A stretch of 64,000 bases of DNA from Escherichia coli (GTDB lineage Bacteria; Pseudomonadota; Gammaproteobacteria; Enterobacterales; Enterobacteriaceae): the NCBI RefSeq assembly GCF_030013205.1, contig NZ_CP122648.1; one strand, written 5' to 3'. Positions 1 to 14,356 of the stretch are shown in pieces. The translations under genes were made by a program, and so were the position numbers. The notes below the pieces were generated by a model. That model saw only the letters and a list, made by a program, of their open reading frames with translations. It was not told where the DNA came from and searched no databases. Each line of letters starts with the position of its first letter. The first letter of the stretch is position 1.

Positions 1-120
1 CATCAGGCTTATCTTCAGTATATAAACGCCGATACGTTTTTACATAACCTAATGTAAAGAAGTTTAAAGAAAAGCGCGCCGTAATGTGCCACTTTTTTAG
101 TGCAGAAACGGAGTTTTCGG

Positions 121-148
121 AAAAAGAAAAGGCGGCATTGCTGCCGCC
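121..148 (-). terminator. Rho-independent terminator downstream of mukB
   Basis: Hairpin GGCGGCAGCAATGCCGCC followed by TTTTCTTTTT on the minus strand, directly after the mukB stop. Confidence 0.6.
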
Positions 149-154
149 TTAAAC

Positions 155-3100
155 CTAGCTCGCCTGGGAAGGCGCTTCGTCAGTTCCTGGAAGCGTTTCA
201 GGGAGTTGCGGCGCAAAGCCACGCAGGCCGACGACGTGTACGTGTTCGGTATTCTGGAAGACTTTACGCACCAGTTTATAGGTGGTGCCTTTCTCCGGGC
301 TGATATTTTCCGGCGCTGCGATGATGAGCTGCATTTGCAAACGCTCACACAATTCAAACAGCGTGGCGATAGAACGAGCATCCAGTCGCGCTGCTTCATC
401 GAGGAACAGCAGGCGGCAAGGAGAGATATCTTTACCGCGCAGGCGGCGAGATTCATCTTCCCAGCTTTGTACCACCATCACCAGAATCGACATACCGGTA
501 CCAATCGCCTCACCGGTCGACAATGCACCAGACTCTGCGCGCAACCAGCCATCGGAACCACGGTTAACCTCAACTTCCATTTCCAGATAGTTGCGGTAAT
601 CCAGCAGTTCTTCGCCAATGGTCTGCGGCGTGCGCTGCCCCATATCAATCTGCGGATTAAGACGCTGATACAATTTCGCCAGCGCTTCCGAGAAGGTCAG
701 ACGGTTGCTGTTAAACAGATCCTGATGCTGCTCGTGCTGTTCAGAGAGCACATCCAGCAGCATGGCGTGCGTTTCACGTACGTTCACGTTCAGACGTACG
801 CTGTTTACCTGACCGAACGATACGTTCTGCAAGCCCTGGTTGAGCATACGGATACGGTTTTGCTCGCGCTGAATGGTTTTGCGAATAATGTTCGCCACGC
901 TGCGGGAACTGATCGCCAGTTTCTGTTCGCGGGAGGTTAACTCTTCGGTCAGACGGCTAAGTTCGATCTCCATCTGTTCGATAGCTTCCACCGGATCATC
1001 GGTACGAATAATATCCTGACGAATACGTTCACGCAGATGCTGATAAACCGCCACGAAGAACTGAATTTTACGTTCCGGACGTTTTGGATCTTCCGACATG
1101 CGCAGCACATCGCGCAGATGTTCGTTATCTGCCACTGCCAGACGCAGCGCACCTAACGCCTTATCCGACATGGAACGCAAATCATCAGCGGAGAGATAAG
1201 CCAGCTCACGACGGTGTAAGCGGCGCTCAACGCCGTTATCTTTCACCATGCGCATGACTGCACACCAGCCCGCTTTCGCGGTCACTACCTGCTCGCGCAT
1301 CTCAAAGTAATCCCGCTCCAGCTTGCGCAGTTTGCGGGTCAGGTTGTCCATCTCTGCTTCGCAGAAGGTAAGCGCTTTTTCCAGTTGATTGCGGCGTGAA
1401 CGGTTATTGCTCAGTTGCGCGTGCAGCTCGTCACGGCGAATACGCGCCCGCTCTTCTGCCCCGCTATCAGCTCGCACGCCGATATCCTGCAATTCACGTT
1501 GCAGATCATTGAGTAGCTCTTTTTTGGTGTCGTAAGAACTTTTCAGCGAAGCCAGCACCTGGTTGTACTGACTCAACTGCGCTGCGTGTCCGCGCAACGC
1601 TTCACGCGCGCGGGTACGCTCCGCTTCCGCCTGTTCCAGACGTTCACGCAGTTTTTCGTTGAGATCGCTGTTACCGCTAAGCATTTCTGCCGAGTCAGAG
1701 TAGCTAAAGTGCGCACGACGCTGCACCACTTCCGTCAGGGCAAACGCCTGCTGACGGGCATCGCGCTGCATCTGCTGAGAGTACGCGTAATCTTCTTTTA
1801 ACTGTTCGAACTGTTCCGGGTCACTCTGCAATACCGAAACGATCGGTTCCAGTTTCGCCAGTTGATTACCGAACTGCTGAACAAAACGCGCGGCTTCCTG
1901 GGCTTCATCCAGACGTTCGCGGATTTCATCGACGCGATCTGCCAGGCTGTCATCAGCCAACAGGTTGAGACGCGGCAGAATGCGGTTCAGCGCCGTAACG
2001 CCCACTTTCGCCTGCTCAAATTGAATACGCTGCTGCTGGTTATCATTTTCATGATTACTCAGCGCCCGCTCCAGTTCGACGCGACGGCTGTTCAGTTGAC
2101 GGATTTCTGCTTCCGGGTTAGACTCAAACGCCACCGCCAGATGACTACCGATAAAGCGGCTGAACGCCTGATGCAGACGCTGGGTTTTCTGTACATCAAA
2201 GGAGAGCGTGGCGAAGCGTTCGGAAAGCACTTCACGCTCGACATGGAGGCTTTCAATACGGCTTTCACGCGCAGCACGACCAAACAGCGGCACTTCCGGG
2301 AAACGTGAATAACGCCACTGACGATCGGCGATTTTCACCACCACCGCTTTTTCCAGCTCATCAACGCTGAACACGCTGTCATCGAATGACTGCGGATCCC
2401 CTTCGATCAGATAGAGATCTTCCGGGCAATCGGTCAAGCCTTCCAGGTGTTCGGTTACCTGTGACAGATCTGGCACCACGATGGCGTGGCGTGACGGGCC
2501 ATACAGCGCCGAGAAGTACGGCGCATCTTCCAGGCTAACGTCGTCATAAATTTCTGACAGCAGCACGCCGCCAAAACGCTCCGCCAGCGCATTCAAACGC
2601 TGGTCTTCAGAACCACCTGGCTGGCTTAAACGTTCGATCTCTTCATCGACGGCGTTTTTGCGCGCGCCTACTTCATCGCGTTCAACAATCGCCTCGCGCT
2701 CACGCTCCAGCAACTGTTGCAGATATTCGGTGACGTCCTGGCTGGAGGAGAACTCTTCGCCGCACTGTTCGCTCAACTGGTTGAGACTGTTTTGCGCAGC
2801 CAGCCAAACCGGCGCACGCTGCATCAAACTCTGAATGCGAGACTGCAGCTGTTCCTGCTCCTGACGCAGTGCCATACGCTCTTCGCGGGCGTTAGACACG
2901 CTATCGGAAAGAGAGGCAATGCGCGCTTCCAGCTCCTGATGCAGAGCTTCCAGTTCATCAATATCAAAATTCTTGCCCTGACGTTTGCAGAAATCTGCCA
3001 GCAGGCGTTCGGCTTCTTGCTGCTCGCGCAGACGCTGTTCCAGTTCGCTTAAGCGCATCCGCAACGGTTGAACCTGCTCTGCCAGGTGACGCTGATCGAC

Positions 3101-4615
3101 CCCTTCGCGCAGCAGTTCGCGAGCGACATCCCACGCCTCGTTACGCGCCAGCGGGCCGTTGATTGCCACCACCAGCTGATAAGCCTGCTCAAACTGGCTG
3201 TGCGCGGTTTGCGCCATGCTCATTTTCTGCTCAAGAGAGAGCATTTTTTCAGTCGCTTCCAGCTCTTTCGCCTGGAAGGTTTCCAGCCATTCGGCGGCGC
3301 TGTCGGCGGTTAAGTCCGGCAGATGGCACAGTTCTTTGGCACGATTAAGCGCAGCAACCGCCTGGTTATACTGGATCGCGCGCGTTTGCTGGACGTCCAG
3401 CGCCTGCTGATAGTCAGCAAGCTGGCTTTTCAGCTCGTCCACTTCCAGTTCGGCAGCTTCCGCACGAGCCTCGTTCTCTTCCTGGCGTTCGATGGCTTCT
3501 GCCACCACTTCGTTTTGCTCTTCCAGACGGATCTGCAGCTCATCGAGATCCGCTTCGTAACGTTCGATCTTCTCCTGCTGACGCAGTGCGGTTTGCACCA
3601 GGTTCAGGTGATCGCTGGCCGCCTGATAATCTGCTTCCAGATCGCCTTCGGCACCGTTGTGCTCTGCCAGCTCACGCGCCATATCGACGTGTTTGTACTG
3701 CTCAGCCGCCAGTTGCTGACGCGAAGTGTGTAGCTCGCGACGAAATTCCAGGGCTTTGTCGAGATGGACACGGCGCTCGTTGGCGTGACGCATGTAGTCC
3801 GCCGCCACGTAGTTGGTGGCTTCGCTGATCAGATGCTTAAACAGGTCACGGTCCGACTGGGTGACACGAATCGCTTCCAGCGTCATGCGGTTTTCGCGCA
3901 GCGCCGCTTCCATGTCCTGGAACGCTTTCCGCACGCCGCTGTTTTCCGGCAACAGGTAGTCGCGCAGAGAGCGCGTAATGGCGCTGGAGATCCCGCCGTA
4001 CAGCGAAGCTTCGATCAGACGATAGAATTTGCTACGGTCAGACGCTGAGCGCAGACGACGCGCGATGATGCCCAGATCGAACATCAGCGAGTGGTAATCG
4101 GTAATGGAGTTGAACTGCTTAAACTGCACGCCTTCCATCGCCTCGAGCTTGTCTTTCAGCTCGTTCAGCGGCAGTACACGCGCCTGGCGTTCGTTGAGGG
4201 TTTCGGTCACCAGCTGCGTCGGCAGCACCGACATCGGCAGGCCCTGAATGGCAAACGGTTTGATATCGACTTTACGATCGCGTCCGGCAACCTGTTGCAA
4301 ACGCACACCGACCACCACACGCTGGTGGCGCGAGTTAATGGTGTCGAGCATCGAATAACAGACACCCGCTTTCAGCTTACCGTGCAGACCTTTATCGCGC
4401 GAACCGCTGGTGGCCCCGGCTTCCGTGGTGTTACGGAAATGCAGCAGGGTCAGGTCGGGGATCAGCGCCGTAACGAACGCCGCCATGGTGGTGGATTTAC
4501 CCGCCCCGTTACCGCCGGAGAGCGTCGTAACCAGCTCATCGAGGTCAAAAGTTCGGGCAAAAAAGCCGTTCCAGTTAATCAGCGTCAGTGAGCGAAATTT
4601 ACCGCGTTCAATCAT
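155..4615 (-). CDS. mukB: Chromosome partition protein MukB (SMC-like condensin ATPase), 1486 aa
   Basis: Full-length ORF; N-terminal Walker A (GGNGAGKST), long coiled coils, C-terminal DEAARLD motif; synteny with mukE/mukF. Confidence 0.97.
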   Translation of the reverse strand: MIERGKFRSLTLINWNGFFARTFDLDELVTTLSGGNGAGKSTTMAAFVTALIPDLTLLHFRNTTEAGATSGSRDKGLHGKLKAGVCYSMLDTINSRHQRVVVGVRLQQVAGRDRKVDIKPFAIQGLPMSVLPTQLVTETLNERQARVLPLNELKDKLEAMEGVQFKQFNSITDYHSLMFDLGIIARRLRSASDRSKFYRLIEASLYGGISSAITRSLRDYLLPENSGVRKAFQDMEAALRENRMTLEAIRVTQSDRDLFKHLISEATNYVAADYMRHANERRVHLDKALEFRRELHTSRQQLAAEQYKHVDMARELAEHNGAEGDLEADYQAASDHLNLVQTALRQQEKIERYEADLDELQIRLEEQNEVVAEAIERQEENEARAEAAELEVDELKSQLADYQQALDVQQTRAIQYNQAVAALNRAKELCHLPDLTADSAAEWLETFQAKELEATEKMLSLEQKMSMAQTAHSQFEQAYQLVVAINGPLARNEAWDVARELLREGVDQRHLAEQVQPLRMRLSELEQRLREQQEAERLLADFCKRQGKNFDIDELEALHQELEARIASLSDSVSNAREERMALRQEQEQLQSRIQSLMQRAPVWLAAQNSLNQLSEQCGEEFSSSQDVTEYLQQLLEREREAIVERDEVGARKNAVDEEIERLSQPGGSEDQRLNALAERFGGVLLSEIYDDVSLEDAPYFSALYGPSRHAIVVPDLSQVTEHLEGLTDCPEDLYLIEGDPQSFDDSVFSVDELEKAVVVKIADRQWRYSRFPEVPLFGRAARESRIESLHVEREVLSERFATLSFDVQKTQRLHQAFSRFIGSHLAVAFESNPEAEIRQLNSRRVELERALSNHENDNQQQRIQFEQAKVGVTALNRILPRLNLLADDSLADRVDEIRERLDEAQEAARFVQQFGNQLAKLEPIVSVLQSDPEQFEQLKEDYAYSQQMQRDARQQAFALTEVVQRRAHFSYSDSAEMLSGNSDLNEKLRERLEQAEAERTRAREALRGHAAQLSQYNQVLASLKSSYDTKKELLNDLQRELQDIGVRADSGAEERARIRRDELHAQLSNNRSRRNQLEKALTFCEAEMDNLTRKLRKLERDYFEMREQVVTAKAGWCAVMRMVKDNGVERRLHRRELAYLSADDLRSMSDKALGALRLAVADNEHLRDVLRMSEDPKRPERKIQFFVAVYQHLRERIRQDIIRTDDPVEAIEQMEIELSRLTEELTSREQKLAISSRSVANIIRKTIQREQNRIRMLNQGLQNVSFGQVNSVRLNVNVRETHAMLLDVLSEQHEQHQDLFNSNRLTFSEALAKLYQRLNPQIDMGQRTPQTIGEELLDYRNYLEMEVEVNRGSDGWLRAESGALSTGEAIGTGMSILVMVVQSWEDESRRLRGKDISPCRLLFLDEAARLDARSIATLFELCERLQMQLIIAAPENISPEKGTTYKLVRKVFQNTEHVHVVGLRGFAPQLPETLPGTDEAPSQAS

Positions 4616-5319
4616 TATTCTTCCTCTCCGCTATCTGGCTGACTCTCTTCGGTTTCATCGTTGAGTTGCAGATGATTTTCAATCGGCATTGCTTCGCCAT
4701 CACGAATCAGGCGACGCTGTGCTTCACGGGGATCGTCGCCAGCACGCACATCGGCTCCGAAGCGGAACACCGATTCGGTAATGCGGAACTTGCTGCTGTC
4801 GTGGCCCATAAACCACACCATACCCAAACGACGCAGACGGTTGAGCGAAGAACGTACTTTTTCCTGCAACTTCTGGCGGTCAACGTCTGAACCGGTTGAA
4901 CGGTTGTTCACCAGTTTCAGCAGTTTCGCTTCATCGGCCAGGGTGAGCAGTTCGTCGTACAGTTCCTGCTGGGTGAAAATCCCCTCGTTCGCCAGCCGTT
5001 CCGGGCTGAGATAGAGATAACAGAGGATTTTCCCGACCATCATATCCAGTTCCGACAAGACGGAACGAGGGATCAGCGTGGTGGAACGTGGGCGTAAATA
5101 GAAGAACCCTTCCGGTGCACGAATAAGCTCAACGTTATAACGCGCGTAAAACTCTTCCAGATATTCCTGAAAATCCATCAGGAATGCATGATTATCCAGT
5201 TCGTCGAGGCCAATATGGCGGCCTGAACGTAAGGCGCTATCCAGCGCCGGAAATAACGGATTCGCCAGCGCCTGCGCCAGCTTAACCGGCATCACTTGTT
5301 CAATATTTGTCGATGACAT
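4615..5319 (-). CDS. mukE: Condensin subunit MukE (kleisin-interacting)
   Basis: ORF extends to 5346; start at MSSTNIEQ (5319) gives ~234 aa and a ~20-bp overlap with the mukF end as recalled for K-12. Confidence 0.9.
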
Positions 5320-6622
5320 GCGCCTGTACCTTGGCTCCGTAATCATTAATCGGCTGCCATTTCGCTGGCAGTCCGGTGAAATCTGCTTGCGCTACGCCAA
5401 GACGTACCGCCTGATCAATAACAATGCGCGCAACGTCAAAGTGACGTGCACGCGGATACTGTGACAGATATTCGCGTACCACCAGACCAAGATCCAGCGG
5501 CACTTGTCTGGTTTTGTACACGGCGAGTTGTTCTTCGATGATCGCCGCCAACTGTTCGCGGATCTCGTTAAACTCTTCGTACTCCAGATCCTCAGGAAGT
5601 TCTCCTGTCACTTCTTCATCGCGCAGAGCCATCTCTTCGTCACGCATATCCAACAGACGATCGGCATTGGCATAAGTTAGCGCCCACGGCTCATCAAAAT
5701 AGGTTTGTACCGACTGACGTAACCGCTGAGCAAAGACGCGGTTTTTATCCATATCGATCGCAGTACGAATAAATTTGTGTACGTGGCGGTCGTAGCCAAT
5801 CCACAAATCGATGGATTGCTGGCCCCAGCTGATAATACGGTCAAGTTTGCTCTGCAGATCGAATACCAGACGATCGACAAAATGCAGATCGTCATGGGTC
5901 ATCGTCGCATCCTGAATGCGTAACAGGTTGGCCTGCAATTTATCGCCTGCCGCTTCCAGCGTATCCTGCAATTCACGCAGCGTGCCGGAAGTTTCTGAAA
6001 GCAACAATTCACAGCTGGAAATCGCCGCCCGCCAGTCTTTGTTCAACAACTGGGCGATATCATCCTTCACCTGCTGCTGCTGTTCATCCATCAGACGTTG
6101 CGTCAGGTCGATACTGTCGAAAATTTCTGCTACCGAATATTTCAGTGGCGCATAAACATTACGGTGCCAGTGAAATTCATCACCGCCCTCTTCGGCGGCA
6201 TCTGCTGCGCGTTTGAGCTCACCCGCCACAATCGACAATTGCATAGAAAGGCGCAGCGTAGAAAACTCGCGCTGACGAATGTAATAGTCAGTGATGCCAA
6301 TGCCGAGCGGCGTCAGACGGTAAATTGCGTTCCCTTCCGCCTGCTCGCTGGTAAAGCGGTTCAGCAGACGTTGACGCACCATGTCGTTGATCGCGTTGTT
6401 GGCGCGCACGCCGATGGTTTCGCTGGTTTGCTCAAACGCATCACTCACATGGCGGAATGCATCCACCAGCTCGCCTTCACTCATCTCACCATCCAGACGC
6501 TCGCCGTTCAGCGTGGCAACCGCCAGCAGAAAAGAGAGTCGGTCTACCGGCAGCGAGATGGAGAAGTCATTTTTTCTGGCCCAGGCAACCAGTTCGGGGA
6601 CTGTCTGGGAAAATTCACTCAT
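5300..6622 (-). CDS. mukF: Condensin kleisin subunit MukF, 440 aa
   Basis: Full-length ORF, operon position between cmoM and mukE. Confidence 0.95.
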
Positions 6623-7404
6623 ACTTTATCCTTGCTCTGCGGTTTGCGCGCGGTGACATGAATATAACGCCCCAGGGTAATATACGGTTCCTGACGGCAA
6701 TAACGCGTTTCTAATTCAAGTAATGCTTCATAGCAGTCGCGCTGCTGGTGCTTCTCGCGCAGATAATCATGAAACACGCGAACGCCTGTCTTACCCATAA
6801 TTTGCCAACCAGCTTCTTCCAGCCACAGATAAACCTGCGCCGGGTCGCGTGGATAATCTGGCGAAAGCGTCCGTTTTTTCTTTTTCGGCATTCCCGCCTG
6901 CACGTAATCAAAATTCCCGGCGACCATGTTATGCATCAGCAAGCCGTGCGCATTGTAGAACATTAACGACAACACACCGCCTGGACGCAACACTGACCAC
7001 AGGGTCTGTAATACGCTGCGGGGATCGGCCACCCACTCGAGCACCGCATGGAACAATATCAGATCAACGGGCGTTTCCAAATGCGAAGCAACATCCTGAG
7101 CGGCGCAATGTATAAATTGCATGTTGTCGCTCACACCTTTTGCTTCTGCCGCCTGTTTTGCGCGGTCGATCATCTGCGCAGAAAGATCGCATAAAATGAC
7201 CTGATGCCCGCGCTCAGCCATTTTGATTGCGGTCTGCCCTTCTCCACCGCCAGCATCCAGCACACGCAGTTTTTGCGGGCCCATTTCCGCCAGCACGCGA
7301 TCGAGATCCTGCCACAGAATAGCCTGTCGAAGCTGCCCTTTGGTGGTGCCGTAAATGTTACGGGAAAACTTTTCCGCAATATCATCAAAATTGCGATCCT
7401 GCAT
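6619..7404 (-). CDS. cmoM: SAM-dependent tRNA methyltransferase CmoM (formerly SmtA)
   Basis: Methyltransferase motif VLDAGGGEG; 4-bp ATGA overlap with mukF; start taken at MQDRNFDD. Confidence 0.9.
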
Positions 7405-7539
7405 TGCTTTCTCCACCGGTTGGCTAAGACGTTTTCTGATAAAGACGCTATTTTGTCACAGCCACGGCGAGAATGAACCCGTCTGGTGTAATATCGCTGG
7501 CGATCCCTTGCTATATGGTTAAAAAAGGAACCAGAAAGG

Positions 7540-8319
7540 ATGCTTTTTACACTGAAAAAAGTGATTGGCAATATGTTGCTGCCACTTCCGCTAATGTTGT
7601 TGATTATTGGCGCTGGCCTGGCGCTGCTGTGGTTTAGCCGTTTTCAAAAAACCGGGAAGATTTTTATTAGCATTGGGTGGCTGGCGCTCTTGTTATTGAG
7701 TTTGCAACCGGTAGCCGACCGCCTGCTGCGTCCCATCGAAAGCACCTATCCGACATGGAATAATTCGCAAAAAGTGGACTATATCGTGGTGCTCGGAGGT
7801 GGTTATACCTGGAACCCGCAGTGGGCACCAAGCTCGAATTTAATCAATAACAGTCTGCCCCGCCTGAATGAAGGTATTCGCTTATGGCGCGAAAATCCGG
7901 GATCAAAACTGATCTTCACGGGAGGCGTAGCAAAAACCAATACGGTGAGTACAGCCGAAGTAGGTGCCCGAGTTGCGCAATCGCTGGGCGTGCCGCGCGA
8001 GCAAATTATCACTCTGGATTTGCCAAAAGATACCGAAGAAGAAGCTGCGGCAGTGAAACAGGCAATTGGTGACGCCCCTTTCCTGCTGGTGACATCCGCG
8101 TCTCATTTGCCGCGGGCGATGATCTTTTTTCAGCAGGAAGGGTTAAATCCGCTGCCAGCCCCGGCGAATCAGTTGGCCATCGACTCGCCGCTTAACCCGT
8201 GGGAACGGGCAATCCCTTCTCCAGTCTGGTTGATGCATAGCGATCGTGTTGGCTATGAAACGCTTGGCCGCATCTGGCAGTGGCTAAAAAGTTCGTCAGG
8301 CGAGCCACGGCAAGAGTGA
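7540..8319 (+). CDS. elyC: Envelope biogenesis factor ElyC (YcbC, DUF218), 259 aa
   Basis: N-terminal membrane segment plus DUF218-like body; divergent from cmoM as in K-12. Confidence 0.88.
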   Translation: MLFTLKKVIGNMLLPLPLMLLIIGAGLALLWFSRFQKTGKIFISIGWLALLLLSLQPVADRLLRPIESTYPTWNNSQKVDYIVVLGGGYTWNPQWAPSSNLINNSLPRLNEGIRLWRENPGSKLIFTGGVAKTNTVSTAEVGARVAQSLGVPREQIITLDLPKDTEEEAAAVKQAIGDAPFLLVTSASHLPRAMIFFQQEGLNPLPAPANQLAIDSPLNPWERAIPSPVWLMHSDRVGYETLGRIWQWLKSSSGEPRQE

Positions 8320-9189
8320 TTTTGATGCCAGATCGAAGTTGCGCCGACTAAATCGTCCGGTATTAACCAGTTGCGCAACTTCATCCCATAACACATACAA
8401 CCAACGCCGCCAGATGAACGACTCCGCCACTGGCGCGCGTTGCAGGTAACTCCAGAGCAAATCTTCCGCCAGAGAATTATCCATTAGTCGGAACAGTTCG
8501 TATTCTCGCGGTGCCCAAAGCATTAGTCCCGGCCCGACCATCGCCAGTAACTGATCGCTGCGCGAATCTTTCAGCATGCTGCGTAAACAGAAGTTACCGT
8601 GAATCAGCACACAATTGTCGTTAAAGCCTTCAAATAATGCCGGGAGACATTCGCGAGTACGAAACAGGATCCGCTTATCCTGCATCGTTAGACCGGTGTT
8701 ATTGAACTGATTGAGCGTGGTCCATAGCACTTCAACATGTTGCCGGTACCATGAGGGCCAGAAATTTTCCTGAGTATTGTCGACCGCGCCGACGCAACCG
8801 CGACTGTCCTGACGGTGCCAGGCCAGTAAGGCTTCAACGATTTGGTCTTTGAGTTGTTCCCAGCGTTCTGGTGTTCGGGCTGGTGCCTCCACCGAAACAC
8901 CACGCATCCGCTCCAGTAGCAGGACATCGGGGCCGGGGTGTTCTTCATGCGTCATCACACCATAAATAGTCGGCATACGGACAGTTCCACTTCTTGCCAG
9001 CATGGTGGTTTTCCATGCCAGTTGTCGGGCTTTTCCGGGCGTACTAAAGCTTCTTGCCATTAACGGCATTGGGTTTCCCTGGCTGTCATACAAAGCCCAC
9101 AACGCCGTATCCGCTTTTTCATTGACGCACTCAATACGACTGAGTTTTTCGCCCAGTAAATGGCTTAATTCGGCACGCAGCTGTTCCAT
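8296..9189 (-). CDS. ycbJ: Putative phosphotransferase/kinase YcbJ, 297 aa
   Basis: Full ORF at the expected position between elyC and kdsB. Confidence 0.85.
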   Translation of the reverse strand: MEQLRAELSHLLGEKLSRIECVNEKADTALWALYDSQGNPMPLMARSFSTPGKARQLAWKTTMLARSGTVRMPTIYGVMTHEEHPGPDVLLLERMRGVSVEAPARTPERWEQLKDQIVEALLAWHRQDSRGCVGAVDNTQENFWPSWYRQHVEVLWTTLNQFNNTGLTMQDKRILFRTRECLPALFEGFNDNCVLIHGNFCLRSMLKDSRSDQLLAMVGPGLMLWAPREYELFRLMDNSLAEDLLWSYLQRAPVAESFIWRRWLYVLWDEVAQLVNTGRFSRRNFDLASKSLLPWLA

Positions 9190-9342
9190 TCAGATTACCC
9201 TCATAAAAGCTACTGCTTTCATAATGAGCGCCAATATAAAAGATGTCACCTGAATGAGATCAATTGTTGAAAAGAAAAATTGAGGAAAATCGTAACGGTA
9301 CGACACTCCTCCCAAAATTGGCTGGAGTGTCGTGAAGTGAAA

Positions 9343-10268
<926 letters not shown>

Positions 10269-10319
10269 AGTTCCTCCAGATGGATCGGGTTATGAATGCA
10301 TAAATCTTATCATAATCAT

Positions 10320-11552
10320 TTATGCGACGGGGTCTATTTCCCAGCCAGTGCGGCAATCAGTAAAGAGACCTTGCGGGCAGCGTCCTAATGTCACTCGCGT
10401 TGCCTGCTGCCAGCTCGCGAAATCAGTAATCGCCTGACGTAACCCTTTTTGCAGCATTGTCGTTGGTTTAATGCCTTCCTGTAACCACAGAGAGATAACT
10501 TCAAGGATGCCTGTCTGGCGATGCATTTTGGCATCCATTCGCCCAACTAATTGCCCACGATGTAATAACGGCAGAACAAAATAGCCATACTGGCGTTTCG
10601 GCGCTGGGGTATAGCACTCCAGCCGGTAGCTAAAATCAAAAAGCTGCTCTGCGCGTTTGCGATCCCAGACAACAGGATCAAAAGGCGAAAGTACCGCGCT
10701 GTGCGTTGCAGTGAGCTTTCCGGCCAGCGCACGCTCGAGTAGCGGCAGCAAATCAGCATGCAGCCAAAGATTGCCCAATTTTTCAACATGCACAGCAATG
10801 ATTTGCTGCTGTTCAGCCCTCGCTTCGCGCCACGCCGCCAGTGCCGGACGTTTCAGTCGATAGTAATCTGCCAACCACTGTTCGCGGAATATGCCCAGGC
10901 TACGCGCACTGTTATCCAGCATGATGATTTCTGCTTCTGTTTGCGAAACGAGATCGCGCTCATCATCCCAGTCAGGCATGACACGATGGGTTAAATCATA
11001 AACGCGCTGGAAGTTGCGCCGTTCAATCACCATCACTTTCCCGGCTGTAAATAAACCTTCCAGATGCCGTTTATGCGGCTTCCATTCCCACCAGCCGCTT
11101 GCACCTTTACGAGGATGCTCAAAATCGGCTGAACGTACCGGCCCCTTATCATGAATATGCTGAATTAACTGTGCAATTTCCGCCGCATGTTCCTGCATCC
11201 AGGCGTTTTTGTATTTCCAGCCCATTTTTTCAGGTGCCAGCATGCGGTGGCGAATAAGACGAAAGTCGCTACGCGGCATAAAGCAGGCTTCATGCGCCCA
11301 GTATTCCATTAATTCGCCACGCGCCAGAGACTCATCCAGCCACTGCGCAGGATAATTTCCCAGACGACTGAAAAGCACCAGATATGGGCTACGGGCAACA
11401 ATATTGATGATATCGATTTGCAGCAAGGACATGCGGGAGATCGTTGCCGGAATATCCTCCAACGATGCTCGACGGCGGGGTTTGTTTAACAGGCCTTGCG
11501 CGGCAAGGTGAAGATTACGCGCATCAGCAAGGGAGATGTGCGGCAGCGACAT
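10320..11552 (-). CDS. ycaQ: YcaQ (winged-helix DNA glycosylase family, DUF1006), 410 aa
   Basis: Full ORF at the conserved position between lpxK and ycaR. Confidence 0.85.
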   Translation of the reverse strand: MSLPHISLADARNLHLAAQGLLNKPRRRASLEDIPATISRMSLLQIDIINIVARSPYLVLFSRLGNYPAQWLDESLARGELMEYWAHEACFMPRSDFRLIRHRMLAPEKMGWKYKNAWMQEHAAEIAQLIQHIHDKGPVRSADFEHPRKGASGWWEWKPHKRHLEGLFTAGKVMVIERRNFQRVYDLTHRVMPDWDDERDLVSQTEAEIIMLDNSARSLGIFREQWLADYYRLKRPALAAWREARAEQQQIIAVHVEKLGNLWLHADLLPLLERALAGKLTATHSAVLSPFDPVVWDRKRAEQLFDFSYRLECYTPAPKRQYGYFVLPLLHRGQLVGRMDAKMHRQTGILEVISLWLQEGIKPTTMLQKGLRQAITDFASWQQATRVTLGRCPQGLFTDCRTGWEIDPVA

Positions 11553-11588
11553 TCATGACTCCATCAATCGAACGCTGCCGCGGCGTAA

Positions 11589-12575
11589 CTAGTTGCCAGA
11601 AGCCAGCGAGGTTAGTTGCGCAAGCAGTTTCGCTGGTTCATCACCTAAAAGCTGTGCGTCAACAGGCAAATACCACCAATTTCCTTCGGCAAAGGCCAAG
11701 CATTTCACCGCATCTTTTTCAGTCATTACCAGCGTTTGCCCGGCGCTTACCAACGCGCTAACATCCGCATGGTTCAAAGACTGATGATCGGCCAGCGGTA
11801 CACATTTTTCCGGTTGTACGCCGCACATCTTCAGCGTGGCAAAAAAGCGCGGCGGATGTCCAATCCCCGCCATCGCCACTACATGTTCAAGCTGAGCAAC
11901 GTCACAACGCATACCGGTACGTAAATTCACCGCCTGACCCGGCAGCAGATGCATGGGGATTTCACCGCTGCGTGGGACACCGCCGTTGACGATTACCGCA
12001 TCAACCGACTTTAAGCGCCCCGCTCGCTCACGCATTGGCCCCGCCGGCAACCACCAGCCATTGCCAAAGCGACGCACACCATCAACAACGACAATTTCCA
12101 CATCACGCGCCAGACGGTAATGCTGTAAACCGTCGTCGGTTACGATGATCTGCACATCAGGGTGTTGCGCCAGAATGGCTTTTACCGCATCAGAACGCAC
12201 GGGAGAAACCGCAACGGGCGCGCCAGTGCGTTGATAAATCAACACAGGTTCATCACCCGCCTGTGCTGTGGTGGTATCTGCCGACAATAACAGCGGATAA
12301 GATTCAGCCTTACCACCATATCCCCGCGATACTACCCCCACGCGAATACCGCGCTGTTGCAGCTGTTCCACCAGCCAGACAACGACCGGGGTTTTTCCAT
12401 TGCCGCCTGCGGTGAGATTACCAACCACGACAACCGGTACGGGGGCACGCCAGGCGCGCTTCAGTTTTAGTTTATAGCAAAGACGGATCGCGCCACTCAC
12501 CAGGCCATACAACCAGGAGAGTGGCAGCAATAGCCGCCACAAAGGGGATTCACCAGACCAGATTTTTTCGATCAT
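11589..12575 (-). CDS. lpxK: Tetraacyldisaccharide 4'-kinase LpxK, 328 aa
   Basis: P-loop [12 protein letters not shown]; 4-bp overlap with msbA. Confidence 0.96.
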   Translation of the reverse strand: MIEKIWSGESPLWRLLLPLSWLYGLVSGAIRLCYKLKLKRAWRAPVPVVVVGNLTAGGNGKTPVVVWLVEQLQQRGIRVGVVSRGYGGKAESYPLLLSADTTTAQAGDEPVLIYQRTGAPVAVSPVRSDAVKAILAQHPDVQIIVTDDGLQHYRLARDVEIVVVDGVRRFGNGWWLPAGPMRERAGRLKSVDAVIVNGGVPRSGEIPMHLLPGQAVNLRTGMRCDVAQLEHVVAMAGIGHPPRFFATLKMCGVQPEKCVPLADHQSLNHADVSALVSAGQTLVMTEKDAVKCLAFAEGNWWYLPVDAQLLGDEPAKLLAQLTSLASGN

Positions 12576-14320
12576 TGGCCAAACTGCATTTTGTGAAGTT
12601 GCGCGTAAACGCCACGGTGCTCAAGCAAATCGTTATGCGTACCGCGTTCCACAATGACACCATCCTCGACGACCACGATTTCGTCTGCCTTTTCAATGGT
12701 AGACAAGCGGTGGGCAATCACCAGAGAGGTACGGTTTTTCTGCAACTCATCCAATGCCGCCTGAATCGCACGTTCAGATTCGGTATCCAGCGCCGAGGTA
12801 GCTTCGTCCAGAATCAGAATCGGGCTATCACACAACAAGGCTCGAGCGATGGCAATACGCTGACGCTGACCGCCAGAGAGCAGCACGCCGTTTTCACCAA
12901 TCACTGTATCGAGACCGTTATCCATCTTATTGATGAAGTCCATGGCGTAGGCCATACGCGCCGCTTCTTCAATTTGCTCACGGCTGTACTGTTCAGTCCG
13001 TGCGTAAGCAATGTTGTTAGCAACAGTATCGTTAAACAAATGGACATTCTGCGACACCAGAGCAACCTGGTTACGTAACGACGCCAGGGTATACTCGCGC
13101 AGATCGTGACCATCCATCAGGATTTCGCCTTCATCAATATCGTAAAAACGCGTGATCAGGCTGGCGATGGTTGATTTACCCGAACCAGAGCGTCCAACCA
13201 GAGCAACCGTCTTCCCTGCCGGAATTTTCAGGTTGATGTTACGCAATGCGGGTACGTCACGTCCCGGATAAGTAAAGGTGACATTGCGGAATTCCACGTC
13301 GCCAGTCGCACGCTCGATCACGCGCTTACCTTCGTCTTTCTCCTGCTCACTGTCCAGAATGGTAAACAGCGTCTGACAAGCCGCCATACCGCGCTGGAAC
13401 TGGGCGTTAACGTTGGTCAGCGATTTCAGTGGACGCATCAGTGCAATCATTGAAGAGAAAACAACGGTAATCGTACCGGCAGTCAGGTTATCCATAACAC
13501 TTGGGAAGCTCGCCGCATACAGAACAAACGCCAGCGCCAAAGAGGCGATCAGCTGAATGATCGGATCAGAGATGGAAGAGGCTGAAACCATTTTCATCCC
13601 CTGAAGACGCATTCGGTTACTGACTTTATCGAAGCGTTTCGTTTCCACTTCCTGACCACCGAAAATCAATACTTCTTTGTGGCCCTTCAGCATTTGTTCT
13701 GCGCTGGTGGTCACCTGCCCCATGGTGTTCTGCATGTTTTTACTGATGTTACGAAAACGCTTCGATACAACGCGAATCGCAATCGAAACAATCGGTGCCA
13801 GCACAATCAAAATGATCGACAGTTGCCAGCTGTAATAGAACATCATGATGAACAGGCCGATGATCGACGCACCTTCACGCACAACAGTAATCAGTGCGCC
13901 GGAAGAAGAAGAAGCAACCTGTTCGGAATCGTAGGTGATACGTGACAACAGCGTACCCGTTGACTGTTTGTCAAAAAATGAAACAGGCATTCCCATCATG
14001 TGACCAAACAGGCGGCGACGCATGGTCATTACCACCTTTCCTGATACCCAGGAGATACAGTAGCTGGAGACATAGCTGGTGATACCACGTAAAATCATTA
14101 GCCCGATCACCACCAGCGGCATCCACACCAGCACGGAGCGATCTGTTTTACCAAAGCCATCATCAAGAAGTGGCTTAAGGAGCGATAACATGAAGGTATC
14201 GCTGGCTGCGTTGAGGATTAACGCTACGCCCGCCACGATCAGACCCGCTTTAAAAGGCGCAATGGTTGGCCACAGTCGGCGGAATGTCTGCCACGTAGAG
14301 AGATCTTTGTCGTTATGCAT
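12572..14320 (-). CDS. msbA: Lipid A/LPS flippase MsbA (ABC transporter), 582 aa
   Basis: Six TM helices plus ABC domain with Walker [10 protein letters not shown], signature LSGGQRQR and Walker [13 protein letters not shown]. Confidence 0.97.
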   Translation of the reverse strand: MHNDKDLSTWQTFRRLWPTIAPFKAGLIVAGVALILNAASDTFMLSLLKPLLDDGFGKTDRSVLVWMPLVVIGLMILRGITSYVSSYCISWVSGKVVMTMRRRLFGHMMGMPVSFFDKQSTGTLLSRITYDSEQVASSSSGALITVVREGASIIGLFIMMFYYSWQLSIILIVLAPIVSIAIRVVSKRFRNISKNMQNTMGQVTTSAEQMLKGHKEVLIFGGQEVETKRFDKVSNRMRLQGMKMVSASSISDPIIQLIASLALAFVLYAASFPSVMDNLTAGTITVVFSSMIALMRPLKSLTNVNAQFQRGMAACQTLFTILDSEQEKDEGKRVIERATGDVEFRNVTFTYPGRDVPALRNINLKIPAGKTVALVGRSGSGKSTIASLITRFYDIDEGEILMDGHDLREYTLASLRNQVALVSQNVHLFNDTVANNIAYARTEQYSREQIEEAARMAYAMDFINKMDNGLDTVIGENGVLLSGGQRQRIAIARALLCDSPILILDEATSALDTESERAIQAALDELQKNRTSLVIAHRLSTIEKADEIVVVEDGVIVERGTHNDLLEHRGVYAQLHKMQFGQ

Positions 14321-14356
14321 TCAAAAAACCAGCATTTGTTGAAATAGCCGCATATT

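Noticed and set aside
206-940. 244-aa ORF on the plus strand inside mukB, plus many similar antisense ORFs elsewhere (e.g. 17770-18909 in rpsA, 28118-30370 in pflB, 38051-39007 in dmsA, 25259-25984 in ycaO)
   Set aside because: They lie antisense to well-supported conserved genes, have low-complexity composition and no recognisable motifs; long antisense ORFs are common in GC-rich, codon-biased genes
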